Positions 37,273 to 51,223 of a stretch of DNA of 64,000 bases are shown piece after piece. Positions within the stretch are counted from its first letter, which is position 1; each line of letters opens with the position of its first letter. The stretch is from Hemiscyllium ocellatum. Lineage: Eukaryota. The stretch spans positions 496,001 to 560,000 of the forward strand of contig NC_083448.1 in assembly GCF_020745735.1 (NCBI RefSeq), written 5' to 3'. The notes under the pieces were generated by a model. It saw only the letters and a list, made by a program, of their open reading frames with translations. It ran no database searches and was not told the DNA's origin. A program made the position numbers and the translations under genes.

Positions 37273-37585
37273 AGGCGTTACAGTTGCACAGTGGTAAGCA
37301 CTGCTGCCGCACAGCACCAGTGCCCCAGGTTCGGTTCCAGTCCCGGGTGACTGTCTGTGTGGAGTTTTCACCCTCTCCCTGCGTCTGCGTGGGTTTCCTC
37401 CATTTGCTCCGGTTTCCACCCACAGTCCAAAGATGTACAGATTAGTTGAATTCAGCCACGCGAAATTGCCCATAATCTTAGGCGCATTAGTCAGAGGGAA
37501 ATGGATCTGGGTGTGTTACTCTTCGGAAGATCGGTGTGGACTGGTTGGGCTGAAGGGCCTGTTTCACAATTTAAGGAATCTAATT
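37273..37585 (+). mobile_element. HE1-type V-SINE
   Basis: Homologous to 13076-13396 (CACAGTGGTAAGCACTGCTGCC, GTGTGGAGTTT..., GGGCTGAAGGGCCTGTTTC). Confidence 0.9.
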
Positions 37586-38739
37586 TAGATAGAGTGGTCA
37601 GATGACCGTGTAAATATACTTCAGACGAAACTAGTAGGCAGAGTGAATGAGATATTTGCATCCCTGTCAAATGAGGGGCTCAGAGATAATGTTGAGGACA
37701 AACTGGCTATTTTGGATTGTACCAGAGCTTATGAATTGTACCAGAAGCGAAATGATAGATGTACAGCTACATTAAGAAGGAAACAGGTCAGACATATGTT
37801 GAGTTCGAAAAAACCAAACAGTAATTTTGATAGATGGGTGCAGCCTTATAAATATATCATGCCTTTCACGATCTAAGAGAGTTGATTCTGCTGAAACAGT
37901 TCAAAATCTCACTTTTGGAGATGATACGAATTCACGTGGAACTTTCAGAAGTGAGAAGCAAGATCGCAGATGAACATACATGACGGCAAACGGCACTGTT
38001 GAGCTTTAGGCAAACATGTAATCCTGAGAAGGAGAGAAATTAGGAGAAGTGGCATGCCACACTAAAACTCAAGGAAGAGGGCGCATCGGTGATTACTTAC
38101 CACAGGTTAACAAATAAGGATAAAGGGGAGAAAGAGAGGTGTACGGCCTCAGATGTTTTCATTGAGGTAAAGTGGGGTATATAACTCAAGAGCTTTTTGT
38201 TAAAGACAGGCACTGTTCGGAAAGATGTGATAGAAGAAACGAAACCAGTGGAATTAGTGAAAGGAGCGAACAATGCCGAGGTGCTGCACTACAGTGCAGA
38301 GCCGAGACAGGTGTTCGGTCTGGCATTACTTCCTGATCTCTATGAAGAACTTAGCGACTTCGTTACTCAGACGGAAAGGAGCAATATGGAAAAATAAGCT
38401 TTAATTTTCAGAAATACAGGGGCTAATCAGGCTGTAATAATAATAGATGACCGTATTTGCGCTCGTTCTGTCTTGTTACCCGAGAGAGAGAGAATTTGTG
38501 GAATAGATGGACAGAAATTTAGCGTTCCCCTGTGTCAGGTAAAGATTGAGTACCAACTCAAATGCGGAGAAGTAACAATGGGAGTGATGGACAGAGTGCC
38601 AATTACAGGAATACAGTTTGTTCTTAGATGAAATCCGGCAGGGTCCAACGAAGAAGTGAGACCCTCTCTTGTGGAGTACCCAGGGAAGACCAGGGAACTG
38701 AGCAGTTAAAAGAAAATTACTGTTGAAAACTCGAAGACT

Positions 38740-39520
38740 GTGCCGGAAAAGTATCCCACCATTACTACCAGTGCCAATAGATAACGAGGCAAGGAACAGA
38801 GAGCGGACGCAGCTTAATACGTGGCTGCACAGCTGGTGTAGGAGGGAGGGCTTCAGATATGTAGATAATTGGGATGCCTTCTGGGGAAGGTGGGGCCTGT
38901 ACAAGAAGGACGGTTTGCATCTGAACTGGCAGGGGACCAATGTCCTGGTCAGCAGGTTTGCTCGAGTAGTTCGAGAGGGTTTAAACTAGTATGGCAGGGG
39001 AGTGGGAACCTGAGCTGTGCACCGGAGGAGAGAGTTGATGCAGATGAGGCAATAGCAAGAGGTAGACCAGCTAGTGGGAAGGATTTTACTGGGAATGAAA
39101 CAAGGGAACAGTTAAAGTGTGTTTGCTTTAACGCAAGGAGTATCAGGAATAAAACTGATGAACTTAGAGCATGGATCAGTACCTGATGCTATGATGTTGT
39201 GGCCATAACAGAACATGGGTTTCTCAGGGGCAGGAATGGTTATTGGATGTTCCAATGTTTAGAGCATTTAAAAAGAATAGGGAGAGGGGAGAAGAGGTGG
39301 TGTAGCACTACTAATCAGAGAGGGTATCGCAGCTACAGGATTTTCCCTTGTCGAGGATGATCTGCCGACCGAGTCAGTATGGGTGGAAATTAGGAACACC
39401 AAGATAGCAGTCACCTCGTTAGGGGTTTACTACCGCCCCCCACCCCCCTCACCCGCCAATAGCAGCAGGGTGATGGAAGAAAGTATAGGTCGGCAGATTT
39501 TGGAAAAGTGTGGACGTAGA
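38740..39520 (+). mobile_element. CR1 LINE ORF1 esterase C-terminus / ORF2 APE endonuclease start
   Basis: LNTWLHSWCRREGFRYVDNW...YKKDGLHLNWQGT (SGNH-type esterase), then LKCVCFNARSIRNKTDEL...YDVVAITE (APE). Confidence 0.92.
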
Positions 39521-40109
39521 GATTGACACAATGTCATGTGACAGGCTGCAAAGCTTGACAGGGAGCATATGGAAAAGGCTGAGACGGGTTTGCGAAGCAG
39601 GAGAATGGGGGAGAGTCTGACGGCAAGTTCCTGTAATTAGGCAAGATGTAATTGTTTCTGTCCTCAGGTAAGACAGATTAGGTTGTTCAGGTGCATCAAG
39701 CAGATATTATTAGCCAAGAGCTGTTTTTCTCTTTTGTATTTCTAATTCTCCTTTTCTTTGAGGTATACGGGACACTAGGACATTCTATACCGCATACCCA
39801 CGGATGTACACAAATGGAGTTAGAGAGGGGCCATTACACCCATTGGATCGCAATGGAGGGGCCAGACAGTGTGGTATTTCAGTGGGTGGTGAAGACGCAC
39901 AGAGAGGCCAGTTAGATAGTGGCACGTTCCTATTCCTGAGGAAGTGTTTATTTGAAAGAAAATTCATAGTAATGTTGTGAGAGTGACAGAGACAGAGCGA
40001 TTGTGAGTGAACAGAGATAGTACAAGAGGCGAAGTAACATGGATTTGGAATCTCATAGGGTAAATGAGCTTTACTTCTCCTTGGAAATTTTGGAAGGAAT
40101 AGAATTCCA

Positions 40110-40975
40110 AAGTGTGGGAACAGGCTATTCTGCCCAATAATGTCCAGTTGTCCAAGTTACCCACACCCAAGTGTAACCCTGCAATCCCATGGCCAATACA
40201 TCTAACCTCACCACCAAGGGAAATATGGCATATGCATTCTTCGACTGTGGGATGAATTTATTGCATCTAGGGAATACCCGCGCAGAAACAGGGAGAATGT
40301 GTAAATTCCACACAGACATTCGCCAGAGTCTGGAATTTGAATGGGTCCGTGGCGCAGTGAGTCAGCAGTGTTAACCACTCCATTGCCATATTGTCCTTCT
40401 CTACCGACATTTCAAACCTTCTTATTCTGTTTGGTTTTCACGCAGGCTTCCTTTCTTTCTCCCTCTGTGCTTGCATTTTTGTATACACAGGTATTTTCTA
40501 AGCGTCCATTATGACTTTTGCTGCGAATCTTTCTGTTCTGTTCCATTAACTGTTGTAAATATGGACAGATTGTCACAAGATGTCCGTACTGTTAATAGTG
40601 GGATCTTCCTGTTCACAAATGCTCCTGAATTTGATACCTAAGCTTTCCAAACTGAGCAAAGATTGGTCGTACAGATAAACTCTTTCACAATGAAGGCTAT
40701 GCAGGCGTTTCCTAAGGAGTGGACATTAGATTAGATTTGATTCGCTACAGTGTGGAAACAGTCCCTTTGACCCCCCCAATCCGCAACGAATCTCCGAATA
40801 GTAACCCACCCAGACCCATTTCCCTCTGATTAATTCACCTAACACTATGGGAAATTTAGCACGGCCAGTTCACGTGACCTGCACATCTTTGGACTGTGGG
40901 AAGAAATCGAAGAACCTGGAGGAAACACACGCAGACATGGGAGAACGTGTAAACTCCACACAGACAGTCGCCCAA
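40110..40975 (-). mobile_element. Two HE1-type SINE copies (approx. 40110-40390 and 40727-40975)
   Basis: Reverse complements of the V-domain (AAACTCCACACAGAC, AAATTCCACACAGAC) and of the CTAAT tail. Confidence 0.8.
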
Positions 40976-41199
40976 AATTGTTACTGAGTATGTTCAATGT
41001 GTCATCCGAACCAGGGTTTGGAACCGAGCTAGGTTTGAAGGTCATTGTATACCAATAAGATACCAAGGGGCTTCATACACTTGAGTACGCAATGCTACAG
41101 CAATGGTGTGGGGGTGGGGGTACAGTTTTGTACAGAATTGAGACAGGGCAATGACTGGAGGAGGAGATGCCAGACTGGGATTCTTCAAAATTTCGTGGG

Positions 41200-41720
41200 T
41201 GTAAGACGCTGAGCTGTCCCTGGCCTGGGAGTGTTTGATCACGACAGTGCAGAGTAAGAATCATTCTGTGTCTAAACCTGTGCTGAATCTGTCCGGGGAT
41301 TGTTGGCAGGGCACACAGTCATTGATGATTTAATCAATATCAAACACATGACCATTGTGGCAGGATCATTACTCTGCATTTAAAACTGCCTGGCAAATAT
41401 CCAAAATGAGTTGTCGGTGCAGACTGAATTAACCCTCTGTCTAACACCGGGCTGTCCTGTCCTCAGAAGGTTTGACTGAGACAGTGTGCGGATGATTTAA
41501 TCAATATGATCTGTGCATTTGACAATGGTAATTTTAGGAGAATTTTTGATTCCTGTATAATTCTGTGTTATGTTTTTACTCGTGCAGTGAGCTGTACTGT
41601 ATATTCAAGCTGTGCTTTATCTTTCCTGGCAGTGTCTGATGGAGGGCAATGTGGGGAAGGCTTTGCTTTGTGACCCTGTGACCATGCTGCCCTTCAGGGC
41701 TTGATGAGAACAGGGAAGAA
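41200..41720. repeat. Decayed ~65-70-bp tandem repeat (GGGAGTGTTTGAT..GACAGTG...CTCTGTGTCTAA..CTGTCC)
   Basis: Motif recurs at approx. 41215-41290, 41430-41495 and 41620-41700. Confidence 0.55.
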
Positions 41721-42379
41721 TGAGTTGGAATCTGTATGTGGTGATGTAATTAAATATATGGCGACAATATGGGGTGATTCTTTAATGAATATCTAAACAC
41801 ACATACTGGGAATTTAAAACAGGCAAGCGTCAAGAAGCCATATTCTGTATTACATCCAATGATGTATTTGCCCTTCATTGTTTGATGAGTCAGTGCAGTG
41901 TGAGGATTTTTCAGCGATGGACTCTAACTGATGCGTTGCGAGTGATCATGAGAATAAATGGAGTATGTCTGGTCAACTTTAGGAGGAGGCCAATATTTGG
42001 GCGGCAATGGTCAGGTGCTCAAGCGTTGCGCCTGAATTCAGGCTTTTCTGAACGTCATTTTCAACAGCTGTGCTGACTGCAAGATGGCATGTTCACCGAT
42101 CTGAACATGAGTCACCTGTTTACTACAGTGAGTACATTTTGTAATAAGGCCATTTGTACTCTGGTGACTTAATTACTGTTCAATAATTTTCAACTGAAAA
42201 ACGAGAACGCCTGATTTATTTTAAAATATGTAAGAACTAAGGTTTTGTTAAGTCTTCATTGTTAAAGAATGATCATAAGGTGACCTACAATATATTTCTT
42301 GTAGTCTAAACAAACAGCAGTTAGATAAAGTCTTGTTCACAAAATTCTGTTTTACAGACAATGTCCCAGGCGACATCAC

Positions 42380-45300
42380 CATCCTCTCTGGTAGGTCTTA
42401 TCCAACCGACAGGACTGTGTGAGGCAGAAGCGATTGCTGCTTGGTAAATAGTCAATTTCGTGGTTGGCATTGATGCTGGATCCTGTGGCTGCGAGATTAC
42501 TGTGTGGTAGATTGTGAGCGAATCAATAACAGGAAAACACACACTTGACAACATCGTCAACAATCTGCCTACTTCTGATGCTGATCTTCATTTAAGACAT
42601 CATGTGAGAACCGCATAGTCCTTGTGGGTAGTAAGGGCCATCCTCCCGTGTTCTAGTACTCATGTAGCCCCACTGTGTGCTGCATGGGACAGAATTAAAA
42701 CGGATCGAGTAATTAACAACGCGGCACCTGTGAGGCGCAATGGTGCATCAGAAGCTGTAGATTTATGTTCTTTACAACTCACACAGTCTGCAACTTCACA
42801 GCCTAGCATATCTCCGACTTTCCACTTACCATTGAGTCGGGAATCCACACTGGTTCAATGTAGCGTGCAGGAGGCCATGCCAGGAGCAGAACAAGTCAGA
42901 ATAATTTCTGAGGTGATTGCCCAGAGAAACTGTCGTCAGAAATAAAACAGGCCGTCTTGACTGTCAAACTGTAAGATTAGCAAGTGATCGGTCAAGCTGA
43001 GTGATCTTGCAATCAATGCACCAGACGGAAGCTCTGTGGTCCTCCCATATTTATTCGTAAAAGAGGGTGGACCTTGAAACAGACTTACTGGAGGAGGAGG
43101 CTTCTCCAAAAACGACATCCTCAGTTATGGAGTAAAAGAAAACGTCAGAGCAAGATTAATGCTGAAGCATTTGGAACAGATGACTCACTTCAATATCTTC
43201 TTGTGGTCTCACTGTCAACATAATGGTTCCCTTCCAAGGTTACTATGCCCATGGCTTTTTTTTTTCAGAAGTGTCTTGAAACAGCCAAAGCTCCGAAACG
43301 TCTGCATTGGTGCAGAGATGAATGGTTTATTGGGGTCCTCGTTGTTTGCCACTAAACAGATGACACCGCAGGCAAAAAACATTCACGTTATGGAAATAGC
43401 TTTCATATTGAAAGAGGACTGGCCAATCGTGGCAGCTGATAGTTTGTTTGGGAAGTTCAGCAGCTGTGATTGTGAAGAAAGGCGGTGGGAGTCATTCACA
43501 GTTGAGCCTGGAAATTCTCTGTTTCCTTCTGGACTTCTAACTTCGACCTGGAAATTCGAACCTGTATTTTCCTTTTTGTTTAAGGGGATTGTTTACTGGG
43601 TCTGCTGCACGTACTTTTGGAACAGCATAATTAACCCTAGTTTGGATAGACAATAGACAATATAGAAAATAGACAATAGATGCAGGAGTAGGCCATTCTG
43701 CCCTACGAGCCTGCACTACCATTCATTATGAACATGGCTGATCATAGGATAAATTAGATCGTATTTTGTTTTCTGTTCGTTGTCGTTCATTTCATAATTT
43801 TATAAATGCATCTTGTTTATTTAAAACCCAGCAGAAGACCCAGCCAATTTACACTGGGAATATCCACGGTACACCGAGCTAAATAAATAGTCTGGGCTAC
43901 CTGCTTAAAATATTTTGAGTCGTCTGGCGTAGTCCATAACACGAGCATCACAGATGCCAATTTTGGTCAATTAGATTTACTGCACACGGTATCACGAAAT
44001 GGCTGGATACACTGGAAACAGTGATGGGTGTCGGCCCTCGTAGCATCCAACTCTAGAAATTGGCACATGCCTCGCCAAGCTGGTCCAGTACATCAAGAAC
44101 ATATACATTTAACAAAAATATTGTTAATTACCAAAATATATCTTGTACACAGTAGGAAGAATCACTTTGCTGTCCATCACCGAGTGCTGAGTGACTCTCA
44201 ATTCGTTTTCGGTTAGGGTCACGCATCTGCTGATCGTAATACGAGCTCAATTCAAACGAGTGAAATTTCCAAAGCGAATGGACTGCAACTTCACTGAATT
44301 TTAAGGCACCATTTGATAGAGTCAGACAACAGGAAGTTGAGTAAAATTATAGTTAATCGGAATCTTGGAAAAAGATGTCTGCTGGTTGGAGTAATCATTG
44401 CGATTAAAAGGTTGTTATTAGTGTCAGTAATTCATAATCCATTGCATCTCTGCAGACATTCCTCAGGAGACAGAGTGTTCGAGCCTCAACCATCCTCAAC
44501 TGCTTTAGTGATCTCCCTTCCATCATCAGGTCAGGCATGGGAACGTTCACTGAAAATATGACTCAACAGATACTGAACCAGCCCCGGTTCGAATGCAAGA
44601 AAACCTGGAGCATATTCAGGCTTGGAACAAGTGATAAATAACACGCTAGACAAAAGCCAAGCAAATTAAGAATCAAACCATCTCTCCCTTAATATTCAAT
44701 GCGATTATCATTACTGCATTCCCAACAGGTTTCTTACAATATCCTGGAGAAATTACCATTAACCAGAAACTATATTAACGAGTCATATACATAAATGCAG
44801 CTTCGGGGTAAGTCAGAGTTTTGCAATCCAATAGTGATAAACTCATCTCCTGACTCTTCAAAGCCCGTCCACCATCTGTAACATGGGTGTCAAAAGTATG
44901 TTGGAATATCCTGCAGAAAATACCCGCACAAAAACAGGCCACTTGATTGCCATTACATTCACAGAAATCAAACCCTTACACCACTTAAGCTTCTTTTTTG
45001 CATTGACTACCATCTCAAAGAAACACTTCAGAGGATTACCACGACTTATTCGACAGCATTTTCCAAACCCATCTAGAGAGGCAAAGGCAGCAGGTAAATG
45101 GAAAAAAAAGACAATTTGAAAGCTCCCTCCCTCTCACTGTCAGTTGTGATATGAAAATATGTGTGAACGGCAATTCTCAATTCCTCAATCACAAGTCAGT
45201 CCAGATCCAAATGAATCAAGCCTTGGTAGCCAGCCAGTCTTGCCCTGACAAGGGTCAAGTAACATTTGCATCACAAATGGTGCGAGCAATCGTCATCGCC

Positions 45301-45430
45301 GTTGAAAGAGACTCTGGCGCCTTGACATTCAAAAACAATGCAATCAGTAAATTGCTCGCAAACAACATCTTGGGCGTTGCCATTGACCCGAAGCTGAGCT
45401 TAACTTACAAAATAAATACGTTTGTTTCAT
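42380..45430 (+). mobile_element. Ancient CR1/L2-group LINE fragments (42380-43200 and 44390-45430)
   Basis: Decayed GKHTLDNIVNNLP, WFN and KQ.TGGGG-like segments, and NILGVAIDPKLS..INT in ORF 45151. Confidence 0.6.
43400..43941 (+). mobile_element. Partial solo LTR of the Gmr1-type family with a short CR1 tail insert (43645-43745, minus)
   Basis: Ends GTCCATAACA, the reverse complement of the TGTTATGGAC LTR terminus. (TAGACAA)n tail inside. Confidence 0.6.
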
Positions 45431-45439
45431 GAGCATTTC

Positions 45440-46830
45440 AAAGACTAAGTATCCTGGAGTATATGAATAATCTCCCGATTGATTCTAGAAGATGCGGCAG
45501 AGTTGGACGAATTGGAAGAATGGGATGGAGATCTTGCAGGATATTGTCTGGAAGGAACTTTACTCAAGCTAGTTGTAAAAATCTGCGTGTTTGTAGTAAA
45601 CGTCTGCATGGAGATTGTTGCCAGAGATGGAAAGGGAGAGGAAAAGAAATGGGAGGGTCGTGTCCAAGAAGGACCGTATTTATTCAAAGGGAGGGTGGAA
45701 TTTGTGGTTGATGTGGATGAACAGCTCCAGATCACCCTGCGTGTAGGAAGCTGAACCGATGCAGTCATCAATGTAACGACGGAAGAGTCGGGTACAGTAC
45801 CGGTATCGGAACAGAAGAGGGACTGTTTGATATAGCTGACAATGACTTAGACAAAATTGGGGCAAATCCGGGAGTGCATGACCACCACATTGGATTTGGA
45901 GAAAATTGGAGGAGTTAAAGAAAATGTTATTAAGGATGAGGACTATTTCAGCGAAATGTCGGATGATGTTAGTGGAGTGGTGCTGGATGCGTCTCTTGGA
46001 GAGAAAGAAGCTGAAGGCCTGAAGGCCATCCTTGAGTGTCATATCGACTTTATAAGGAGTGCACGTCCATAATGACGATATAACGCCAGGAGCTGTGGAA
46101 CTGAAAGTTACTGAAGAGATGGAGGGCGACTTTGGTGTCTCAGATGTATGTGCGATTTGCCTGACTGAGGGAGCGATGATGGAGTCTAGATAGGGCGGAA
46201 TGTCAACCTATTTGGAAAACCGAGATCACCCAGCTGTATCATTCAGACAGCGCTCCATCACACCACCTCAATTCCTGTCCCGATGGTCTAATCCCCCACT
46301 CTGAATGCAATAATGGCTGATTCCCCCTTGTCCTTTCCAATCATACCACCAATATCTGTGATCAGTACGTTATCCTGTTAACAAGTCTGTCAACTCTAAC
46401 TGGACCCTTCCACAAAGTACATCTCCCCCCACCACTCCTATATGCCTTCCACAACGTTCATTTCTTGTTTTGCACCACTCTCCCCAACAACCACTGTTCC
46501 ATTCCCCCACCGAACTCCCAAAAACCATCCCCTGTTTCCGCAAAAGATGAAATAACTGCGGCACACCAACAACCAGGGCTTCCAGTGTGGTCTTGTTTCC
46601 ATCATGGAGACCAAACATGTTAAAACCAAATGTCTTCCTGAACGTTTCAGCTGGGCACACGTGGGTCGGTGGACCTCCGAGTTGCCGTCCATTTTAATTG
46701 TTCTTCCCACTCCGTTTCCGATACTACCATTCTTTGCCTGCTCTATTGTCACAACGAACCAAATCACAGGAAAACCTCTTCTGCCTGGGCGACCTACAGT
46801 CCGGAAAACTCAACATTGTGTTCTCCAATG
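45440..46830. mobile_element. Penelope-like fragments: RT on minus (45440-46200), GIY-YIG region on plus (46200-46830)
   Basis: GLQAFSFFL...LILNNIFFNSSNFLQ...RYIDDCIG (RT active site) in ORF 45680..46042. Confidence 0.8.
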
Positions 46831-47099
46831 TTGAATTTTTATTTATACCCGAAACATCCTTATTTATACCCGAAATATCGGCTCATTGGTTAGAGTTTGG
46901 CAAAAGCAATGCATTCAAAATTGATTGCGTTTTAATATTGTGTGAGATCATTGAAAATGATTCGTTAAATTTGAATTGATGTCAAAACTGCAAAAAAAAC
47001 ATATGCACCTATTCCAGCGAGACGATACGTATCTTTAGTTTTCTATTACACTCTGGGAACGCTAGACATATGACATTTGCTTGCAAACAGTCCCTTAAA

Positions 47100-49090
47100 T
47101 GTACAGTACACGACTTCAACTTAAAGCACACCCATCTTAAGAATATAATGAACCATTTTAAGTTTAAAAAATGCTTTAAATTGTGTTCTATTTCTTAAAA
47201 ACCACTAGCATGACATACATTGAACATTAATTAAAGTTCATATTTTTTTTTCATACATACATGAAATATTGGGATCTGTTGATTATTATCGATATTTTAT
47301 CCGTTAAATCCACAATAATGCCTCGACCATCACAATTTTATGATGCACAACATGTACAACTTGGAAATTCAAATTCTGTAACAATTGACTCCATTGGAAT
47401 ATTGTTATGCTCTTGTCTTTAAATCGTTCCAAGAATGTAAAAGAATTCTGGTCATTGGACACAACTGTCTCTGACCAGCTATTCTCACATAATCATTAAA
47501 ATGTTGTCAGGCCAGTACCAATTCAACAATTCCTTTTCGATGATGGAGTATTTTCTCTAAATAGTGGCCAATTGATCGTTCAATTACATTATCATGTTCG
47601 AGAAGCAGGACACCTCTGATTCCTATATCGCTAGCAGCGATTGCAAAATCTAAGCATTTCAAAATAATTGATTTAATTCAATCTGGTGCGGTGTTTCATC
47701 CTGCTTTTAAATTCTGAAGTAGTTCCTCGCATTGTTTTGTCCACCAAGTTTTTGTGTTTCTTTCTCAGTAAATCTGCAAATTGTACCACGATGCCTCTGA
47801 AGATTTTACATTCTTTAAGTCGAATCCGCTTAGTCGCAAAATTCCAAACGGCTCTTTCTTTAAGGATGGTTGTGGAAATTCTTCGATGATCTTCACCTTG
47901 GCATTTCCTGGGTTCACAATTCCATGACCGATGTTATGTGCCAAGAACGTTACCTCTGTTTATGTGACTTCTGATCATTTCTAGTTATTTCCAATGTTGT
48001 TTCTCATAATCGATCATAGATCTCAGCCAGCATTACCATGTATTATTTCCATGACTCACGAAAGGTCACTACATCACTCAGATAAAGTGTCCATTTTCTT
48101 AGCGCAGCCACAACTCTGTTCATGAGTCGGAATACTGCTGGTGTGATCTTCATTCCAAAGTGCGTCACTTTGTAGCCCATTTTGTGTTTCAACAGCAGAA
48201 ACCCCTTTTGCTTTCTCTGATAAAGATACATATCAATAACCACACAGTAAGTCAAACGTTTTGACGTAAATGGCTTATCCAACTTGTCCTGTGCAGTACT
48301 CAAATATTACTATCTGGTATGAGTCCGATTCTGATATGGCGTCGATCTTCCAATAGACCACAAAATATCAGTGAATCCGTCAGGTTTAGGGCCTATCGTG
48401 ATGGAGGATCTCCACTCACTCTGAATCGGTTCGGTGATATCTTCATTGAGAATCACATTCACTTCCTTCTGGACCTGTCTGGCATTGAGAGGATGAAGCC
48501 CGTGGGGGTGCTGTTTTATCACAACGGCATTCCCTACCTCGACTCATGCGCAATAGCGTTTGTCCTCCCCACCTTATTCCTGCGTATATCCTGAAACAAA
48601 CTTTTCAAATTGACCGTTTGCTCCTGAGACAGATAGTCCATCAGCCTACTCCATTCCTTAATGAATTCATAATTTTTAACATGTTTAGAATTTTGGGGAG
48701 AACTGGAATTCCGAGTTGGATTCATGCAGTCAGTTGATTCGCATGCCTTCTGGTGGAGAGATTCGGGAGATGTACAGTGCTGGAGGCAGTCATTGGAGTT
48801 TTAAAGTTTTATAATTATTGTACTATTTCAGTGAAATATAGATGAAAATGTTTGCGTATACTCTGCTATCATTTGTGTTCTCCAAAGTGCAGCTTTTAGT
48901 TCGAATATTAGTGACGCTTCTGATGGTTTGCCATAGTCTTTTTATTCCCCTGCTTTGGCCACATTTATTATATTGCATGATTTTTGATAACATGGTGTCC
49001 CACGGGAGCATAACTACAGCGTGAAAATTACCTGAAGACAGCTGGGTCCAAAGACATTTCTTGGACAGTACAGAGGTTTTAGAGTTTTTC
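47100..49090 (-). mobile_element. Decayed Gmr1-type Gypsy pol (integrase tail, RT, RNase H)
   Basis: IKQHPHGLHPL...QKEV...IQSEWRSSI..PKPDG and YKVTHFGMK.TPAVF.RLMN...LYLSDVVTF (RT). Confidence 0.82.
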
Positions 49091-49129
49091 TTAACAGAGA
49101 TATTAGGAAGTAAAGTGGTTATGTCAGAC

Positions 49130-51220
49130 AACATAGAATAAAACACAGAACATTACAGTGCATTACAGGCCTTTCGGCCATTGATGTGCCCAACTGTGAA
49201 ACTAATCTGAAGCTCATCCAAATTAAACTATTCCAGTTTCATCCATATGTTTATCTAATGGTCATTTAAATGTCCACTCACCCTTAAAATTGGTGAGTCT
49301 ACTACTGTTGCAGACAAGGCATTCACATACCTACTACTCACTGAGTAAAGAAGCGACCTCTGAAATATGTACTCTATCAATCCTCAGTTTAAAACTATAT
49401 GCCCTCATGATGGCTCTCACTCAACCTCTAATTTTCTCATATGTCTCAACTAAGTCGCATATAAATCTTCTTCTCTATCACGAAAACAGCCACAAGTCCC
49501 TTAACCTTTCCTCATCAGACCTTCCCTCCATGCCAGACAACTTCTTAGTAAATTTCCTCTGAACCCTTTCAAAAGCCTTATCAACCTAATTGTAATGTGG
49601 TGACCAGACATGCACGCAATACTCATAAGTGTGGCGGCACCAGAGTTTTGTAGAATTGTAACATGACTTTGTGGCTCCAAACATCAATTCCTCTACGAAT
49701 AAAAAAACAACATACGCATGCCTTCTCAACAGCCCTGTCACCCTGGGTGGCACATTTCGGGGATATATGCACAAGGACACCATGATATCTCTGCTCATCT
49801 GCACTAACAAGAATCTTAGTATTAGCCTCGTACACGGTCCTCCTTTTGCTCCTTCCAAATTAACTCACCGCAAACTTTTGCACATTAAACTCCATTTGCT
49901 ATCTACCAGCCCACCTCTGCAGCGTATCTATGTCGCTCTGTAACCTGCAATATCCTTCTGCACTGTCCACAAGTCCACCGAGCTTAATGTCAAGCGCAAC
50001 TTATCTCACCCATCCTTCCATACTCTGATCCATAACATTTATTAAAATGACAAACAGCAGTAGCCCCAAAGCATACTCTTGTGGTACACCACTGTAACTG
50101 ATCTCCAGGATGAACACATCCCTTCAATCACCAAGCTCTGTCTTCGTTCCAAATAACCCTAACTCACATCCTTCTGCATTTACTGCTTAAGCCGACCACG
50201 AGGAACGTTGTCATACACTTTATTGAAATCCATATACAACAGATCAACCGCTTTACCGTCAAACACTTGTTTGGCCACCTCCTGAAAAAAAAACTCAGTA
50301 AGGTTTGTGAGGTACGACCTGCCCTTCAGAAAACCGTTTTGAATAACCCTAATCAACCTATTCATTTCTGGATGATTATAAATCGTAATTCTCGTTATAT
50401 TTTCAAAAACTTCTCAAAACATTTTCAAAAAGTCAGGCTCACTTGTCTATAATTAGTGTAGTTGTCTCTATTCCTCTTCTTGAACAAAGGGAACATTTGC
50501 TATACTCCAGCCATCTGGCCAAATTGCTGGAGACACTGATGACGTACAGATCAAAGCCAAAGGCACTGCAATCTCATTCCTGACATCCCAGAGAATCCTA
50601 GGCTAAAACCAATCCTGCCAATGGGACTTACTTGTTTCACGCTTTCCAGAAAGGCTAACACTCCGCTTTGGGAGCCTCAACCCAGTATAATCTAGAAGCC
50701 TGTATCACATTATTCTCCTCGATGGAAATGTGCCTTTCCTGTGTGGATACTGACACACAATGTTCGTTTAGCACTTTTCATATCTCCTTTGACTCCACAC
50801 ACAACTTCCCACGACTGTACTTGATTAGTCCGAATCTTACTACAGTCATTCTTTTGTACCTGATTTACCCTGATGTAACTTTAGGTTTTTCCTTGATCGG
50901 ATCGGCCAAAGACATTGGATGTCTCTTCCTCGTTGTTCTTCGCGTTCTCTTTACGTGAACTTATCACCCTCAAGCGCCCTAACTGAGCCTTCACACCTGG
51001 TCCCTCCATAAGACGTCTTCTTCCTCTTGACGTGAGTTTCAACTTTTTTTTAGTAAGTCACGGAACCCTGGCTCCAGCACATCCTGCCTGTCTGACAAGC
51101 ACATATTTGTGAAACATATGCAGGAAATTTTCCTTGAATAATCTCTACATTTCAATCGTGCCTATTCCCTGCAGTTTGCTTCCCCTTTACATCCTAAACC
51201 TTTCCAAATAGCATTTGCCA
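49130..51220 (-). mobile_element. Decayed CR1 LINE
   Basis: ACATAGAAT tail near 49130. QNGFLKGRSYLTNL...YMDFNKVYD in ORF 50180..50365. Confidence 0.9.
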
Positions 51221-51223
51221 CAT

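Larger units (their letters stand above)
35511..38720 (+). mobile_element. Fragmented Gmr1-type Gypsy (LTR start, gag, protease), interrupted by PLE pieces and a SINE
   Basis: TGTTATGAAG at 35511 matches the reverse complement of the LTR end near 17120. ORF 37643 RAYELYQ...SNFDRWV. RCFH..KVG knuckle near 38150. LIFRNTGANQ protease-like motif near 38400. Confidence 0.75.
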
